A DNA stretch of 64,000 nt from Paraspadella gotoi (GCA_051294375.1 CM119263.1:78943-142942), one strand, 5' to 3'; shown: positions 13,571 through 28,021, counted from the stretch's first letter. Numbers and translations: made by a program. Notes: generated by a model not told the origin, from the letters alone.

Positions 13571-15631
13571 TTATCCACACTTCCCCTTGTCTATCACCTC
13601 CTTGCATTCGCCCTTCTCCCTTTTTCGACCCGCGTCGCTCGATCGATTTGAATTATTGACTTCGGCGCCGAAACGGATCCAGTTTTTGAATTAATTCCGC
13701 TCTGGGCGGCGGCGGCAGCATCTGCGGCGGCGGCGGCAGTGGCGCGGTGGCTGCGGCGGACAGCGGCAGCGAGACGTGGGCGCGGAAAAAAAACGTGAGG
13801 AAGAACGGGACGAGGAATCGCCAAAGGAACGAGTCGAGGGGAAGGGGAGGGGAAGCAAAGGGGGCGGGGAGGTGTAGGGGTCACAAATGAGAATTACGTC
13901 GCAAGAAGAATGGCGCCTGTCTCAACGCGGATGTACCGGATGTGAAGCGGAAAGTGGAAACGGATGTGAAAATGAAAATGAAAGTGAAACAGAAAATGTA
14001 TGTGTGAAAATGTAAAAGTCCAAAGTGAGAAGGAAAATGAAATTATAAATGAGACGAAAATGTGAAAGTAAAATCTGTGAGACGAGTGAATGAGATCACA
14101 TTGAGAAATGAGGAATGTGATGTGAGAAGTAGTGAAGTGAAACGACAAAAGGCGACCGAAGAAAAGGAAGGAATGGAAAAAGGCGGAGACTTGGAAGAGA
14201 CGAAAGGTAAGTCAGGGTAAGAAAAGTGAGGAGAAAAAAAAAAAAAAAATATGCGTTGGTGAGTTTCGATTATTAGAAGACGACAAATGAAATACGAGTT
14301 GACCGATTTTTAAACAATGAACCTTTGGATTCGCCTTCGTCACCTATAAAGTGAAAATAAAATGAGAAAGTCTGCTTTGGAATTGGCGATAAGAAAGAGC
14401 CACGTTGATGGGCGGGTGGCGGACTGTGAAAGAAGAGAGAAAGGCGGGATCACAAGAGCAAGACTCACCCTCACAATTGGAAATATTGCGTTTTACATGT
14501 GTTGGCAAATGAAAAAAATAGTAAAGAAAAAGAAGAAGAAAACTGAAAGGAAAGAAGAAAAAGTGATATAAATTGGCAAGAAAACTATGCAACTGCGATG
14601 ATATCACAAACTTGAAAGAGTATTAGGGGAGAGGAAGAGGAAGAGGATTTGAGTATTAAGGGGAGGATGAAGAGAAAGGGGATTTTAGAATCGAAAAAAA
14701 ATGTTTTTGAGAAAATGAAGGTTCTTTAGCTATGGATGGGAGAGCCTTTAGAAAGGGGGAAAGAGAGGCGGAAACATTAAGTTAAGATTACAATTTTTCG
14801 TTGTAAAATTTGTGGAAGTTTCCTATGCGCCTGTGAGGATGTTTTTAAGAGATCAATAATATTTAATCAAATAATTCAAAAAAGAACAGTGGTGAGGGCT
14901 GAGATTTGGCTAAGATAAGTTTTAAACTTATATACCAACTTATGTACTACTTATCTTAATTTAGGGTTAAGATCAATTAAGTAATTAGATAAAATCATAG
15001 ATTAATTATGAGGAAATTAACAATCACTTTAAATTCGAAAAAAAAATTAATTAATTATTTTGTAGGTTTTTTCAATTCATTTCAAGTTCAATTTCAATTC
15101 AATTTCATTCATTAGTTTTCATCGTCGGTATAAATAACCTTTGTTTTTCTCTCTGATAAAAGAGATAACAAGAGATTGGTCCAATTTCATTCCAACTCAC
15201 GACGCACAGCGCCCATCAATGGTGTAACACGATAACTATAAAAAAGGTTACCGAAGAAAAAAATGGGTAAAAAATAATAAGAGGCTGATTCTAAGAAAAA
15301 TGCATATATTTAGGTCCCTCGGAAAGGCCGTAAATGTCAAAATTATTTACTTCGGTATACATCCTTTCCGCCGTCCTGGTCTCTCTCTCTCTCTCTCTCT
15401 CTCTTCTCTTCTCTCTCTCTCTCTCTCTCTCTTTCCTCTCTCTCCTCTTCTCTCTCAGCCTCTCAGTTCTTTGACTCTTCGTTCATGTCCATATAAAATA
15501 TGTCAGGCTAGATACTCTAACTATACCTCTCTCTGGCCGAGTGAATGGTATTAGTCCTTTTCTTTATGTGCCCGAGGCAAAAAAACTTTGGCTCTCTACC
15601 TCTGTTTTCCTCGTTCTGCTCTCTCTCTCTT

Positions 15632-15692
<61 letters not shown>

Positions 15693-18527
15693 CTGCTCCT
15701 CTCTTAAGAGGATCGGAGGTGTAGAATGACGGCGAATTAGACTTTGGCATACTCTAGTGGCAATGAGGACTCACAAACAAGTCACGTGGAGCTGCTTACA
15801 TAAAAAACACGTCGTGTTCTTATCAGTATGCCACTACGAGTTATACATCCGCGGTCGTCGGTCTGTGACGAGTGTCATTCTGGTATGTCTGTCTGTGCTC
15901 TGTTCTGTGTCCGTGTTCTACTTATATTTGGTGTACCTGTATCAATGCATACTATACAAGATGTTTACAACCACTCTGGTAATACTTTCTTCCAGTTGAC
16001 TATTTGGTAGATAGGTCTAACACTAAAGCAATCAATTCCTTAATAATAACTAAGATATTTTAATAATACTTGCGACAATAGTGGTAAGGCCTCCAATGAA
16101 ATGATTGTTGTGAATATGTTTTTATATTTTTGTAGTTACCATGACTCATGCAGAACTATGGTGTCAATCGTGATCATCAACAATAACTAAGGCATATTTT
16201 GTTTACATATTTTGGTTGTTTCAGTTGAATCTTTATTAGATAAATGATATCGCTTTACTAGTTAGCGGTGACTCACTGCATGTAAAGACATGTGATAGAG
16301 TCACTGTGCGCGCAAACACATTGGAAGACCATTCGTGTTTCTTATTCTCTTTCTCTTCTTAAATAAGAAAATTCTAGCTTCGTCGAGTCTGCTGCATTTC
16401 AAAAATAATGACAGCCAAAGCTCTGGCGAGATTGAGTTCTTTTTAACTCAAGGACCAACAACGATCTCTGGATCGACGCACGAACGGACAGAGCGTACGA
16501 GTACTGATCTTGATCGACTCGACAGACGACGGTCTTGTTTCTTTCTTTTCTCCCAACAGTCATTCCACAAGAGCGTGAACTCATCCTAATTGCATTAGGT
16601 GGTAGAGAAGAGTTATGGTTTCACGATGCACTCGTGAGGAACAGTTCTCGCATTGGAAATGAGATATGCTGAAATGGGTCAGCAATGGCGAAACCAGCTC
16701 ACAGATGTTAACTTATATCAATTAACGAGATGAGTCGAGCCCGCTTGGGCGTTTAGAAAGACATCTAGTAGATCTAATCGGAGAAATAAAAAGATGAGTG
16801 GTCTGAACTGAAATGGAGTAAAACCCGGAGTCGAAGTTATTAGATAACAATTGAGTACGACGGACGCGAACCTCGAAGCGTATCGAGATTAATACGGACA
16901 CGAGATCCACGCGCAACTACATTGCTCGGGAAAAGACGACGGACGCACGACGACGACGACGACGCGACCACTGGCTAACAACAGGTTATGAGAGACGGAC
17001 GAAAGTCTTCGCTGACTTTTTCAAGAACCAAAGCCTTTGGTCGATATAACCCGCGACTGTGGCAGACGAACGTACGGACGGACGACGAAAACGATCGACG
17101 AATGACGACGAAAATTTCGATGCCTCAAAACCGGAACCTTTTTTTTTCCTCCTGGCGAAATGAACTGTACGTGTACTTTTGGACGTGCGGCGTGTGTGAG
17201 TAGTGAGAGTGGTACATGGCAGTGGAGCGAGGTGATTATGAGCGTGTTCAGCGTGGACAATTGTGGCAGGCTGAGAGCAGTTGTGGTATAGTGTGCTTGA
17301 GACCAGTGTGTCGTTAGACCATGTGTGGCGGCGTGATCGCGATGAGTTGTGTCAAGACCAGTGGTTATGGGGCGAAGGGAAGGGGGGAGGAGTGGGTGGA
17401 CCTGACCACTCTGGTGGGGGTGGGCAGATAGAAGAAGCAAGAGAGAGAGAGAGAGAGGCAGAGTTTGACAGAGAGATAAGACATAAAGGGATGAAAAAAC
17501 GAGGGGGGAGTAAAAGGGTGAAGTGGATTAACAAAGATTAAAAAGGAAAAAGGAAGGAAATATGAAAGGAAAACAAGAATTATTTGGGGAAAGAGGAAAA
17601 GTGTGGTGGATATGGAAAGGAAGAGAGAAAAAAGAAAAGGTGAGGAAAGGAGAATAAAAAAATAGAATAAGAAATGAAGAAAAGAAAAAGGTCATGTCAT
17701 GAATACAAATTTTTACTTTCCAGCGTCAGTTTCATAAAGGAAAAAGATTCTGCAGGATCGGAAAACTGAGATCAATAAATTATGGGGAATCCTAAATTCG
17801 GCATAACATATAGGCATACTATAGCATACTATAGTATGGTCTCATGGCTTTGACAGCTAAAGTACTAGCTTACCATCCTCCATTAAGCACGTCAGTGACG
17901 TGGATGATCACTGCAGGTCCAAGTCCTGAGCGCCAGCTGTAGAAGAGCCTCACTCTCCGGGAATCACTCACGCCCCTCCTTGTCACAAAATTCATGTTTT
18001 TCTATTTAAAAAAATGTGATGACGCAGAGGAGAGAGAGAGGAAGAGGAGAGATGAGAGAGAGAGAGAGTTCAACAGAGTTTTGACGTCAATTCACGTTTG
18101 ACGTTATATTCGTGTCTGACGTCATTCCATAAAAAAATTGACAAAAAATTTCAAACCGATCGCATTCATATGTTGTCCACGCGGTTCCATCGTAAGAAGC
18201 ATATTTATCATTCTACGCTTACTTCATCGTCTGGTGATCGTAAAAGGTCGCACCGAGAACACAAAAATTAGCATTCTTTCGTAGCGAACGTCATCTTTTC
18301 ATGCAGTTCAATGGTCGACCTTTTTTTCTTAGTTGCGATAGAATCGTGGGGGGGGAGGGCGAGGCGTGTTGGGTATTGTTTTGCTCTTTTAACTCTTTTC
18401 TTCTCTATTCCAACACGATTCGATGAAACCCGAGTACTCTTTTACCGCACGTCGTTTGAATTTTTTTGATTTATAAGGAATTACGACGGACGAGAACAAT
18501 ACAATTACTCCAACTGCTATGTTAAAA

Positions 18528-18998
18528 AACAAGTTTGAAAGCAACAATGCCGGATCTGCCCAAGATCATTAGCGGTAAGCAGCTAATCAGATAATTAATT
18601 AATTAATTAATTTAGTTAATTAATATTATTTTTTTTATTGTGTCAAAATCGTTTTCCACTTTGTCTCGGCTCTCATCACAAACAACAATCTCGATTACAA
18701 ATTAAATAATTAATTAATTAATTAATTAATTAATTATTAATAATTAACTAATTACTTGTTTTTAATAATTTAATTAATGCAGCTTGAATTTACATTTAAT
18801 ATAAAAATAAAAAATCATAATCGATAGTGAAATAGATTGTTTGTTTTTTCCATTTTAACTCATTTCCACTTGGACGATTCCATCGAAACTTGATTTCAGC
18901 TCATCACACACTTTCCTACCCACACAAAAATTTCATTCCTATCATCCTATCCATCCATCAAATCACGAGTAATTGGGTTTTTTTTGCTAAGATGGGCG

Positions 18999-19043
<45 letters not shown>

Positions 19044-19049
19044 GACATA

Positions 19050-19081
<32 letters not shown>

Positions 19082-19210
19082 GACGGACGGACATCATTTT
19101 TTCATAATTTATCATAATTCGATGTTCTGCATAATAGTAAGTGAATTCCGTCAAGTTGGGGGGGGGCGGACGACGGACCGACAAAGCGAATTAAAGAGCC
19201 GGATCTGCTG
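18528..19210 (-). mobile_element. DINE-1/Helentron-like non-autonomous element (second copy 26905-27592)
   Basis: AACAAG end, 11-bp GCCGGATCTGC near both ends (18549, 19198), ATTAGC/GCTAAT hairpin, and (GACA/GACG)n microsatellite, i.e. (GTCY)n on the minus strand. The 5' subterminal repeat is not clearly intact. Confidence 0.45.
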
Positions 19211-19624
19211 TAATTCAAGGATTTGAAATTCGTAATTACATGTACAAAGGCAGGAAATCTTTCCATAACTCCACCCTTTTGAAATTTGAAAGGTTATTAT
19301 CATTACTCATAACAATATTCTCATGTCTATTTCTCTCATTTCCTTGTCCTATTAAAAGTAAAACTAAACACTATCAGATGATTATCATTAATTAATCAAT
19401 GTCAGAATCAAGCTGAATGAATGAAAGAATTCGCGAGACTAAAATAATGTCCATGTTTTTCTCCTTTGGAATTTGATTTATCTCGTTTCGTCCAGTGTTT
19501 CTTTTGTTTCTTTGTTTTCGTTGTTATTAGTTCTTTTACTTTATTTTTAGTCGACATTATTTTGTAATTTCTACGTGATAGAATTCAAGCTCGTTTCAGG
19601 TAATGAACTTCTTCTTCTCTGTTC

Positions 19625-19860
19625 TCTCTCTCTCTCTCTCTCTCTCGCTCTCTTCTCTCTCTAACCATAAGCCCGGCCTGTGAAGACGATGAGGCGAGCG
19701 AGTTCATGTCCGTTGCAAGTCAGACCTCGGATCGGGCTGTAGTCCGTCATACAGGTGGTTTAGCGCCCCGTCGCGCTTTCGTGCGTGAATCAGCAGGGAG
19801 CGAACCCGAGTCCTTTGGTTGGGAGGAGCTCGTGCTACCTCCGGCGCCCAAGGTGCTGCT
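19625..19860 (-). mobile_element. tRNA-derived SINE-like element, family 2, with (AG)n tail
   Basis: On the minus strand: AGCAGCACC-TTGGGCGCCGGAGGTAGC (A-box-like) then GGGTTCGCTCCC (B box), a body with a CTGTA...TACAG hairpin, and a run into (AG)n. Confidence 0.6.
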
Positions 19861-20046
19861 AATGCTCGGATCGAGTAACAGGTTATGAAATACTAGCGCT
19901 ATACGTTCATCTATTTTTTCCATTGTTGCAAAAGAAAGAATCAGTTCCTCTGCATTCCTTGCTATTTCGATGTGAGGAAAGCGAAAAGAAAGATTATCCC
20001 TTCGGAATGGCTGTCTCTCTCTCTCTCTTCTCTCTCTCTCTCTGCT

Positions 20047-20087
<41 letters not shown>

Positions 20088-20627
20088 GGTGGCGCCGGGA
20101 AGGAAAGAAAGGATAGAGAGCGACGTGAACCTGCGGCTGAACCGAATCGGAAACGTGATTCGTCGATTCCATCGCGCCGAGGGTTCACGCAAATTAAGTT
20201 AACATCCCTTCTCTTCGCTTTCAAACTTATTACATCCTTACTTCATACCATTTTTTTCCATCTAATTTGGATCGTCTTTTCGTCGTCAAAAAGAAAATGA
20301 AGAGCCAAAAATTTGATGAAAGAAAATTATTCCAGATCGATGGGCGTTGAAAGGAGATGAATTCCGCGAATGAGATTAAGTACAATTCTTTAATTTTTAT
20401 GTTTTTCTATGGTAAAAACTCGAATTTTATATATCATTTACCTAACCATACGACTTCAACATCAAAAGTTTCCATTTCATTTTTTCCATTTTACGTATTT
20501 TGAGTCCAATTATTTTGTTCTCCATACGTTATACCCAAATAATATAAGCAAAATTTTCTGTCATTTTTTTCTGATGTAGGAAATTCGGTTATAATTTTGG
20601 TCTATCGTTATTTAAAAAAAAAAAAAA

Positions 20628-20660
<33 letters not shown>

Positions 20661-20687
20661 GAGAGAAAGAGAGAGAGAGAGAGAGAG

Positions 20688-20726
<39 letters not shown>

Positions 20727-20733
20727 TGTCATT

Positions 20734-20758
20734 NNNNNNNNNNNNNNNNNNNNNNNNN
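20734..20758. other. Assembly gap (25 N)
   Basis: Run of exactly 25 N between two copies of the same sequence. Confidence 1.
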
Positions 20759-20891
20759 AGAGAGAGAGAGAGAGAGATCCTCTCTCGGTCGAGTCTGTTT
20801 ACCAGAGGCAGAGAAGTCAAACCATTAAATGTCACTCACTCATTTTTTTTCTCTTTTCGACTAAACTTCACTATTCACGCCTTTATTTTTC

Positions 20892-20976
<85 letters not shown>

Positions 20977-21813
20977 TATTACTAATATTATTATTATTAT
21001 TTTTATTATTATTATTATTAATTTTTATTAATGTGATTATTATTAATTCCGCCAAGAATCACTCGACATGGTTGACCAAGAGACAAACGTGAATACAATT
21101 CCCAAAAAAATTTCGTCCTTAGCGATAAATCAAAACAACCAATTTCATAAAACTTTTTTTTCTCGCTGTAAGAGAAAAAGCACAGATCAAAACAATCTTT
21201 ATTTTTTTCTTTATAAAGAAACTATGAGTCTCTTCTCTATTGCTCCCCCTTGTTCTCCCCATTGTTCTCCCTCTTGTTCTCCCCTTGTTCTCCCTTGTTT
21301 CTACCTTGTTTCTCCATCCTGTTCCTCCCCTTGTTTCTCCCACTTGTTCTCCCTCTTGTTCTCCCTTTGTTCTCCCCTTGTTCTCCCCTTGTTCTCCCTC
21401 TTGTTCTCCCCTTGTTCTCCCCTTGTTCTCCCCTTGTTCTCCCATTGTTCTCCCTCTTGTGTCTCCCTCTTGTTCTCTCCCATTGTTCTCCCTCTTGTTC
21501 TCCCTGTTCTCCTTGTTCTCCCCCCTTGTTTCTCCCATTGTTCTCCCTCTTGTTCTCCCTTGTTCTCCCCATTGTTTCTCCCTCTTGTTCTCCCCTTGTT
21601 CTCCCCATTGTTCTCCCTCTTGTTCTCCCCTTGTTCTCCCCTTGTTCTCCCCATTGTTCCCCTTCTTGTTCTCCTCCTTGTTCTCGCCCATTGTTCTCCC
21701 TCTTGTTCTCCCCTTGTTCTCCCATTGTTCTCCCTCTTGTTCTCCCCTTGTTCTTTCTGTAGTCGGGCATTGCGTAAGTTCACCCCGCCTATAAGCATAA
21801 CACCTATAGTCGT

Positions 21814-22032
21814 GACCTTGGTGGCTCATTGAGTAAAGCCATCAGCTCATGACCACTAGGTACCGGGTTCAATCCCAACCCGTACCTACCCTGCGGGAAG
21901 CATGAGTAGGGTCGTAAGCCGCCTTGGGGGCGTGGAAAACCCTCTTGCCTGGTTCCAAGCCCAGGACCCATTCCATGGCTGCTAGAGGGGGTTAAAGAAG
22001 TTGCGGATAGCACTCTTCAGCCCCACTTAGCG
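21814..22032 (+). mobile_element. tRNA-derived SINE-like element, family 1 (duplicate copy)
   Basis: GACCTTGGTGGCTCATTGAGTAAAGCC...CCGGGTTCAATCCC, the same as 13352-13570. Confidence 0.65.
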
Positions 22033-23857
22033 CCTTATCCACACTTCCCCTTGTCCTATCACCTCCTTGCATTCGCCCTTCTCCCTTTTTCGACCCGCGT
22101 CGCTCGATCGATTTGAATTATTGACTTCGGCGCCGAAACGGATCCAGTTTTTTGAATTAATTCCGGTCTGGGGCGGCGGCGGCAGCATCTGCGGCGGCGG
22201 CGCAGTGGCGGCGGTGGCTGCGGCGGCAGCGGCAGCGAGACGTGGGCGCGGAAAAAAAACGTGAGGAAGATCGGGACGAGGAATCGCCAAAGGAACGAGT
22301 CGAGGGGAAGGGGAGGGGGAAGCAAAGGGGGGCGGGGAGGTGTAGGGGTCACATGAATGAATTACGTCGCAAGAAAGAATTGGCGCCTGTCTCAACGCGG
22401 ATGTACCGGATGTGAAGCGGAAAGTGAAACCGGATGTGAAAATGAAAATGAAAGTGAAACAGAAAATGTATGTGTGAAAATGTAAAAGTCCAAAGTGAGA
22501 AGGAAAATGAAATTATAAATGAGACGAAATGTGAAAGTAAAATCTGTGAGACGAGTGAATGAGATCACAGTGAGAAATGAAGGAATGTGATGTGAGAAAG
22601 TAGTGAAGTGAAACGACAAAAGGCGACGAAGAAAAGGAAGGAATGGAAAAAGGCGAGACTTGGAAGAGACGAAAGGTAAGTCAGGGTAAGAAAAGTGAGG
22701 AGAAAAAAAAGAAAAAAATATGCGTTGGTGAGTTTTCGATTATTAGAAGACGACAAATGAAATACGAGTTGACCGATTTTAAACAATGAACCTTTGGATT
22801 TCGCCTTCGTCACCTATAAAGTGAAAAATAAAATTGAGAAAGTCTGCTTTGGAATTGGCGATAAGAAAGAGCCAAGTGATGGGCGGGATAGGCGGACTGT
22901 GAAAGAAGAGAGAAAAGGCGGGAATCACAAGAGCAAGACTCACCCTCACAATTGGAAATATTGCGTTTTACATGTTTGGCAAATGAAAAAAATAGTAAAG
23001 GAAAAGAAAGAAGAAAACTGAAAGGAAAGAAGAAAAGTGTAAATAAATCTGGCAAGAAAACTATGCAACTGCGATGATATCACAAACTTGAAAGAGTATT
23101 AAGGGGAGGAGGAAGAGGAAGAGGATTTGAGTATTAAGGGGAGGATGAAGAGAAAGGGGATTTTAGAATCGAAAAAAATGTTTTGAGAAAATGAAGGTTC
23201 TTTAGCTATGGATGGGAGGAGCATTTAGAAAGGGGGAAAGAGGAGGCGAATAATTAAGTTAAGATTACAATTTTTCGTTGTAAAATTTGGTGAAGTTTCC
23301 TATGCGCCTGTGAGGATGTTTTTAAGAAGATCAATAATATTTAATCAAATAATTCAAAAAAGAACAGTGGTGAGGGCTGAGATTTGGCTAAGATAAGTTT
23401 TAAACTTATATACCAACTTATGTACTACTATACTTAAATTAGGGTTAAGATCAATTAAGTAATTAGATAAAACATAGATTAATTATGAGGAAATTAAAAT
23501 CACTTTAAATTCGAAGAAAAAATTAATTAATTATTTTGTAGAGTTTTTTCAATTCATTTCAATTCAATTCAATTCAATTTCATTCATTAGTTTTCAGTCG
23601 TCGGTATAAATAAACCTTTTGTTTTTCTCTCTGATAAAAAGAGATAACAAGAGATTGGTCCAATTTCATTCCAACTCACGACGCACAGCGCCATCAATGG
23701 TGTAACACGATAACTATAAAAAAAAGGTTACCGAAGAAAAAAAATGGGGAAAAAATAATAAGAGGCTGATTCTAAGAAAATGCATATTTTTAGGTCTCCT
23801 CGGAAAGCCGTAAATGTCAAAATTATTTACTTCGGTATACATCCTTTCCGCCGTCCT

Positions 23858-23966
<109 letters not shown>

Positions 23967-24065
23967 ATGTCCATATAAAATATGTAGGAGATTCTAACAA
24001 CCTCCTTGCCGAGTGAATGGTATTAGCTTTTCTTTAGTGCCGAGGCAAAAAACTTGGTCTCTCTC

Positions 24066-24106
<41 letters not shown>

Positions 24107-25218
24107 CTGCCTCTCTAGAGGAGGAGTAGATTGACGGGATTAGACTTTGGTTCAGTGGAATGAGACCAAAAAAAGTTCACGTGAGAGCTGCTTACAAAAA
24201 CAACGCTGTCTTTAGTTGCACTACGAGTACTCGCGGTCGGTCGGTCTGTCGGTCATTTGGTATGTCTGTCTGTCCGTCTGTGTGTTCTACTTATATTGGT
24301 TGTACCAATTTCATTAAAGATGTTTACAACTCTGGTAATACTTCTTCCACTTGATATTTGGTAGGAAAGTTCACTAAAGCATAATTCCTAAAATACTAAG
24401 ATATTTTAATTAATACTTGGCAGACAAGTAAGGCCTCCATGAATGATTGTTGTGAATATGTTTTATATTTTTGTAGTTACCTGACCATGCAGAACTATGG
24501 TCACGTGATCACAAAATAACTAAGGCATATTTTGTTTAATATTTGGTTGTTTCAGTTGAATCTTTATAGATAAATGATCATCCTTTTATAGTTAGTGATC
24601 ACTCAGAAAGACATGTGATAAGTCACTGTGGCGCAACACATTGGAAAGACCATTCGTGTTTCTTATTCTCTTTCTCTTCTTAAATAAAGAAAATTCTAGC
24701 TTCGTCGAGTCTTGACTGCATTTCAAAAATAATGACAGCCAAAGCTCTGGCGAGATGAGTTCTTTGTTCAACTCAAAGGACAACAACGACGACGACGACG
24801 ACGACAGACGACGACGACGACGACGACGACAGACGACGGCTTGTTTCTCTTTTTTCTCCAACGATTCCCAAGGCGTGAACGTCATCCTAATTTGCAGTAG
24901 GGGTAGAGAAAAGTTATGGTTCACCGATGCATCGTGAGAGGACAGTTCTCGAATGGAAAATGAGATGTGAAATGGAGTCACAGATGGCGAAACCAGTCAC
25001 AGATGTTAACTTATATCAATTTAACAGATGGAGTAGCCCTTGGGGTTTAGAAAGAATCTAGTAGATCTAATCGGGAGAAAAAAAGATGAGGGTTGAACTG
25101 AAATGGAGTAAAACCCGGAGTCGAATGTTATTAAGATAAAATGGAGCACGGACGGACGCGAACCCGAACGTACGAGATAATACGGACACGAGATCCACCG
25201 CAACTACATGCTCGGAAA

Positions 25219-25249
<31 letters not shown>

Positions 25250-25469
25250 CACTGCAACAACAGGTTATGAGAGACGACGAAAGCTTCGCTGACTTTTTCA
25301 AGAACCAAAGCCTTTGTCGATAAACCCGCGACTGTGCAGACGACGACGACGACGACGAAAACGACGACGAAGACGACGAAAATTTCGATGCCTCAAAACC
25401 GGAAGTTTTTTTTTCCTCCTGGCGAAATGAACTGGTGACGTGTCCACTATTTATTGTGGACGTGAGGCG

Positions 25470-25682
25470 GAGCAGTGTGGTGAGTAGTGTGGTGAGAAGT
25501 GTGGTAAGCAGTGTGGTGTCCAGTGTGGTGACAGTGTGGTGAGCAGTATGGTGAGCAGTAGTGGTGAGCAGTGTGATGAGAAGTGTGTTCAGCTGTGTTG
25601 TGAGCAATATGGTGAGCAGTGTGAGAGCAGTGTGTTAGCTGTGTGTGTGACCATTGTGTTGACCATTGTGGTGAGCAGTGAC
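25470..25682 (+). repeat. 12-bp minisatellite AGTGTGGTGAGC
   Basis: Tandem variants of (AGCAGTGTGGTG)n. A degraded counterpart lies at about 17190-17365. Confidence 0.85.
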
Positions 25683-25805
25683 GGAAATTTTCGAGCGATG
25701 AAGTTTGGGGTCAAAGAAGGTGCGAGTTTGGGGCGAAAAGGGGAAGGGGGCGGAGGGGGAGATGGGGGTGGGACTGACCACTCTGGTGGGGGTGGGAGAT
25801 AAAAG

Positions 25806-25861
<56 letters not shown>

Positions 25862-26399
25862 ACAAAAAGGATGAAAAACGAGGGGGGAGTAAAAGGGTGA
25901 GGGATTAAAAGATTAAAAAGGAAAAAGAGGAAATATGAAAGAAAAACAAGAATTATTTGGGGAAGGAGGAAAAGTTGGTGGAAGGAAAGGATAGAGAGAA
26001 AAAAAGAAAAAGGTGAGGAAAGGAGAATAAAAAAAAGGAGAATAAGAAATGAAGAAAAGAAAAAGGTCATGTCATAATACAAATTTTTACTTTCCAGCGT
26101 CAGTTTCATAAAGGAAAAAGATTCTGCAGATCGGAAAACTGAGAATCAATAAATTATGGGGAATCCTAAATTCGCATAACATATAGGCATACTATAGCAT
26201 ACTATAGTATGGTCTCATTGGCTTTGACAGCTAAGTACTAGCTTACCATCCTCATTAAGCACGTCAGTGACTTGGGATGATCACTGCAGGTCCAAAGTCC
26301 TGAGCGCCAGCTGTTAGAAGAGGCCTCACTCTCCGGGAATCACTCACGTCCCCTCCTTGTCACAAAATTCATGTTTTTCTATTTAAAAAAATGAGTGAC

Positions 26400-26448
<49 letters not shown>

Positions 26449-27381
26449 AACAGAGTTTTTGACGTCAATTCACGTTTGACGTTATATTCGTGTCTGACGT
26501 CATTCCATAAAAAAATTGACAAAATTTCAAACCCGATCGCATTCATAGTTTGTCCACGCGGTTCCATCGTAAGAAGCATATTTATCATTCTACGTTATTC
26601 ATCGTCTGGTGTCGTAAAAGGTCGCACCGAGAAACACAAAATTACGCATTCTTTTCGTAGCGAACGTCGATCTTTTCATGCAGTTCAATGGTCGACCTTT
26701 TTTTTCTTAGTTGCGATAGAATCGTGGGGGGGGGGCGGAAGGCGTTTGGGTATTTTTTGCTCTTTTAACTCTTTTCTTCTCTTATTCCAACACGATTCGA
26801 TAGAAACCCCGAGTACTCTTTTACCGCCGTCGTTTTGAATTTTTTTGATTTTATAAGGATATTACGACGGAGAAAATACAATTTACTCAACTGCTATGTT
26901 AAAAAACAAGTTTGAGCAAACAATGCCGGATCTGCCCAAGATCATTAGCGGTAAGCAGCTAATCAGATAATTAATTAATTAATTAATTAGTTAATTAATA
27001 TTATTTTTTTTATTTGTGTCAAAATCGTTTTCCACTTTGTCTCGCCTCTCAATCACAAAACAACAATCTCGATTACAAAATTAAATAATTAATTAATTAA
27101 TTAATTAATTAATTAATAATTAACTAATTACTTGTTTTTTAATAATTAATTAATGCAGCTTGAATTTACATTTAATATAAAAATTAAAAAAATCATAATC
27201 GAATAGTGAAATAGATTGTTTGTTTTTTCCATTTTAACTCATTTCCACTTGGACGATTCCATCGAAACTTGATTTCCAGCTCAATCACACACTTTCCTAC
27301 CCACACAAAAAATTTCATTCCTATCCATCCTATCCATCCATCAAATCACGAGTAATTGGTGTTTTTTGCTAAGATGGGACG

Positions 27382-27429
<48 letters not shown>

Positions 27430-28013
27430 TAAGACAGACAGACAGACAGACAGACGGACGGACGGACGGACATCATTTTTTCATAATTTATCATAATTCG
27501 ATGTTCTGACATAATATAAGTGAATCCCGTCAAGATTGGGGGGGGGCGGACCGACGGACCGACAAAGTCAATTATAGAGCCGGGATCTGCTGTAATTCAA
27601 GGATTTGAAATTCGTTAATTACATGTACAAAGGCAGGAAAATCTTTCCATAACTCCACCCTTTTGAAATTTGAAAGGTATTATCAATTACTCATAACAAT
27701 TATTCTCTGTCTATTTCTCTCAATTTCCTTGTCCTATTTAAAAGGTAAAACTAAAACACTATCAGATGATTATCAATTAATTAATCAATGTCAGAATCAA
27801 AGGCTGAATGAATGAAAGAATTCGCGAGACTAAAAATTAATTTCCATGTTTTTCTCCTTTGGAATTTGATTTATCTTCGTTTCGTCTCAGTGTTTCTTTT
27901 GTTTCTTTTGTTTTCGTTGTTATTGTTTCTTTTACTGTTATTTTTTAGTCGACATTATTTTGTAATTTCTACGTGAAGAATTCAAGCTCGTTTCAGGTAA
28001 TGAAACTTCCTTC

Positions 28014-28021
<8 letters not shown>

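Larger units (their letters stand above)
12280..20733 (+). repeat. ~8.4-kb direct duplication, copy 1
   Basis: Begins (AG)n-ATCCTCTCTCGTCGAGTCTGTTTACCAGAGG and ends (AG)n-ATATGTCATT at a 25-N gap. Collinear with 20759-29119. Confidence 0.97.
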
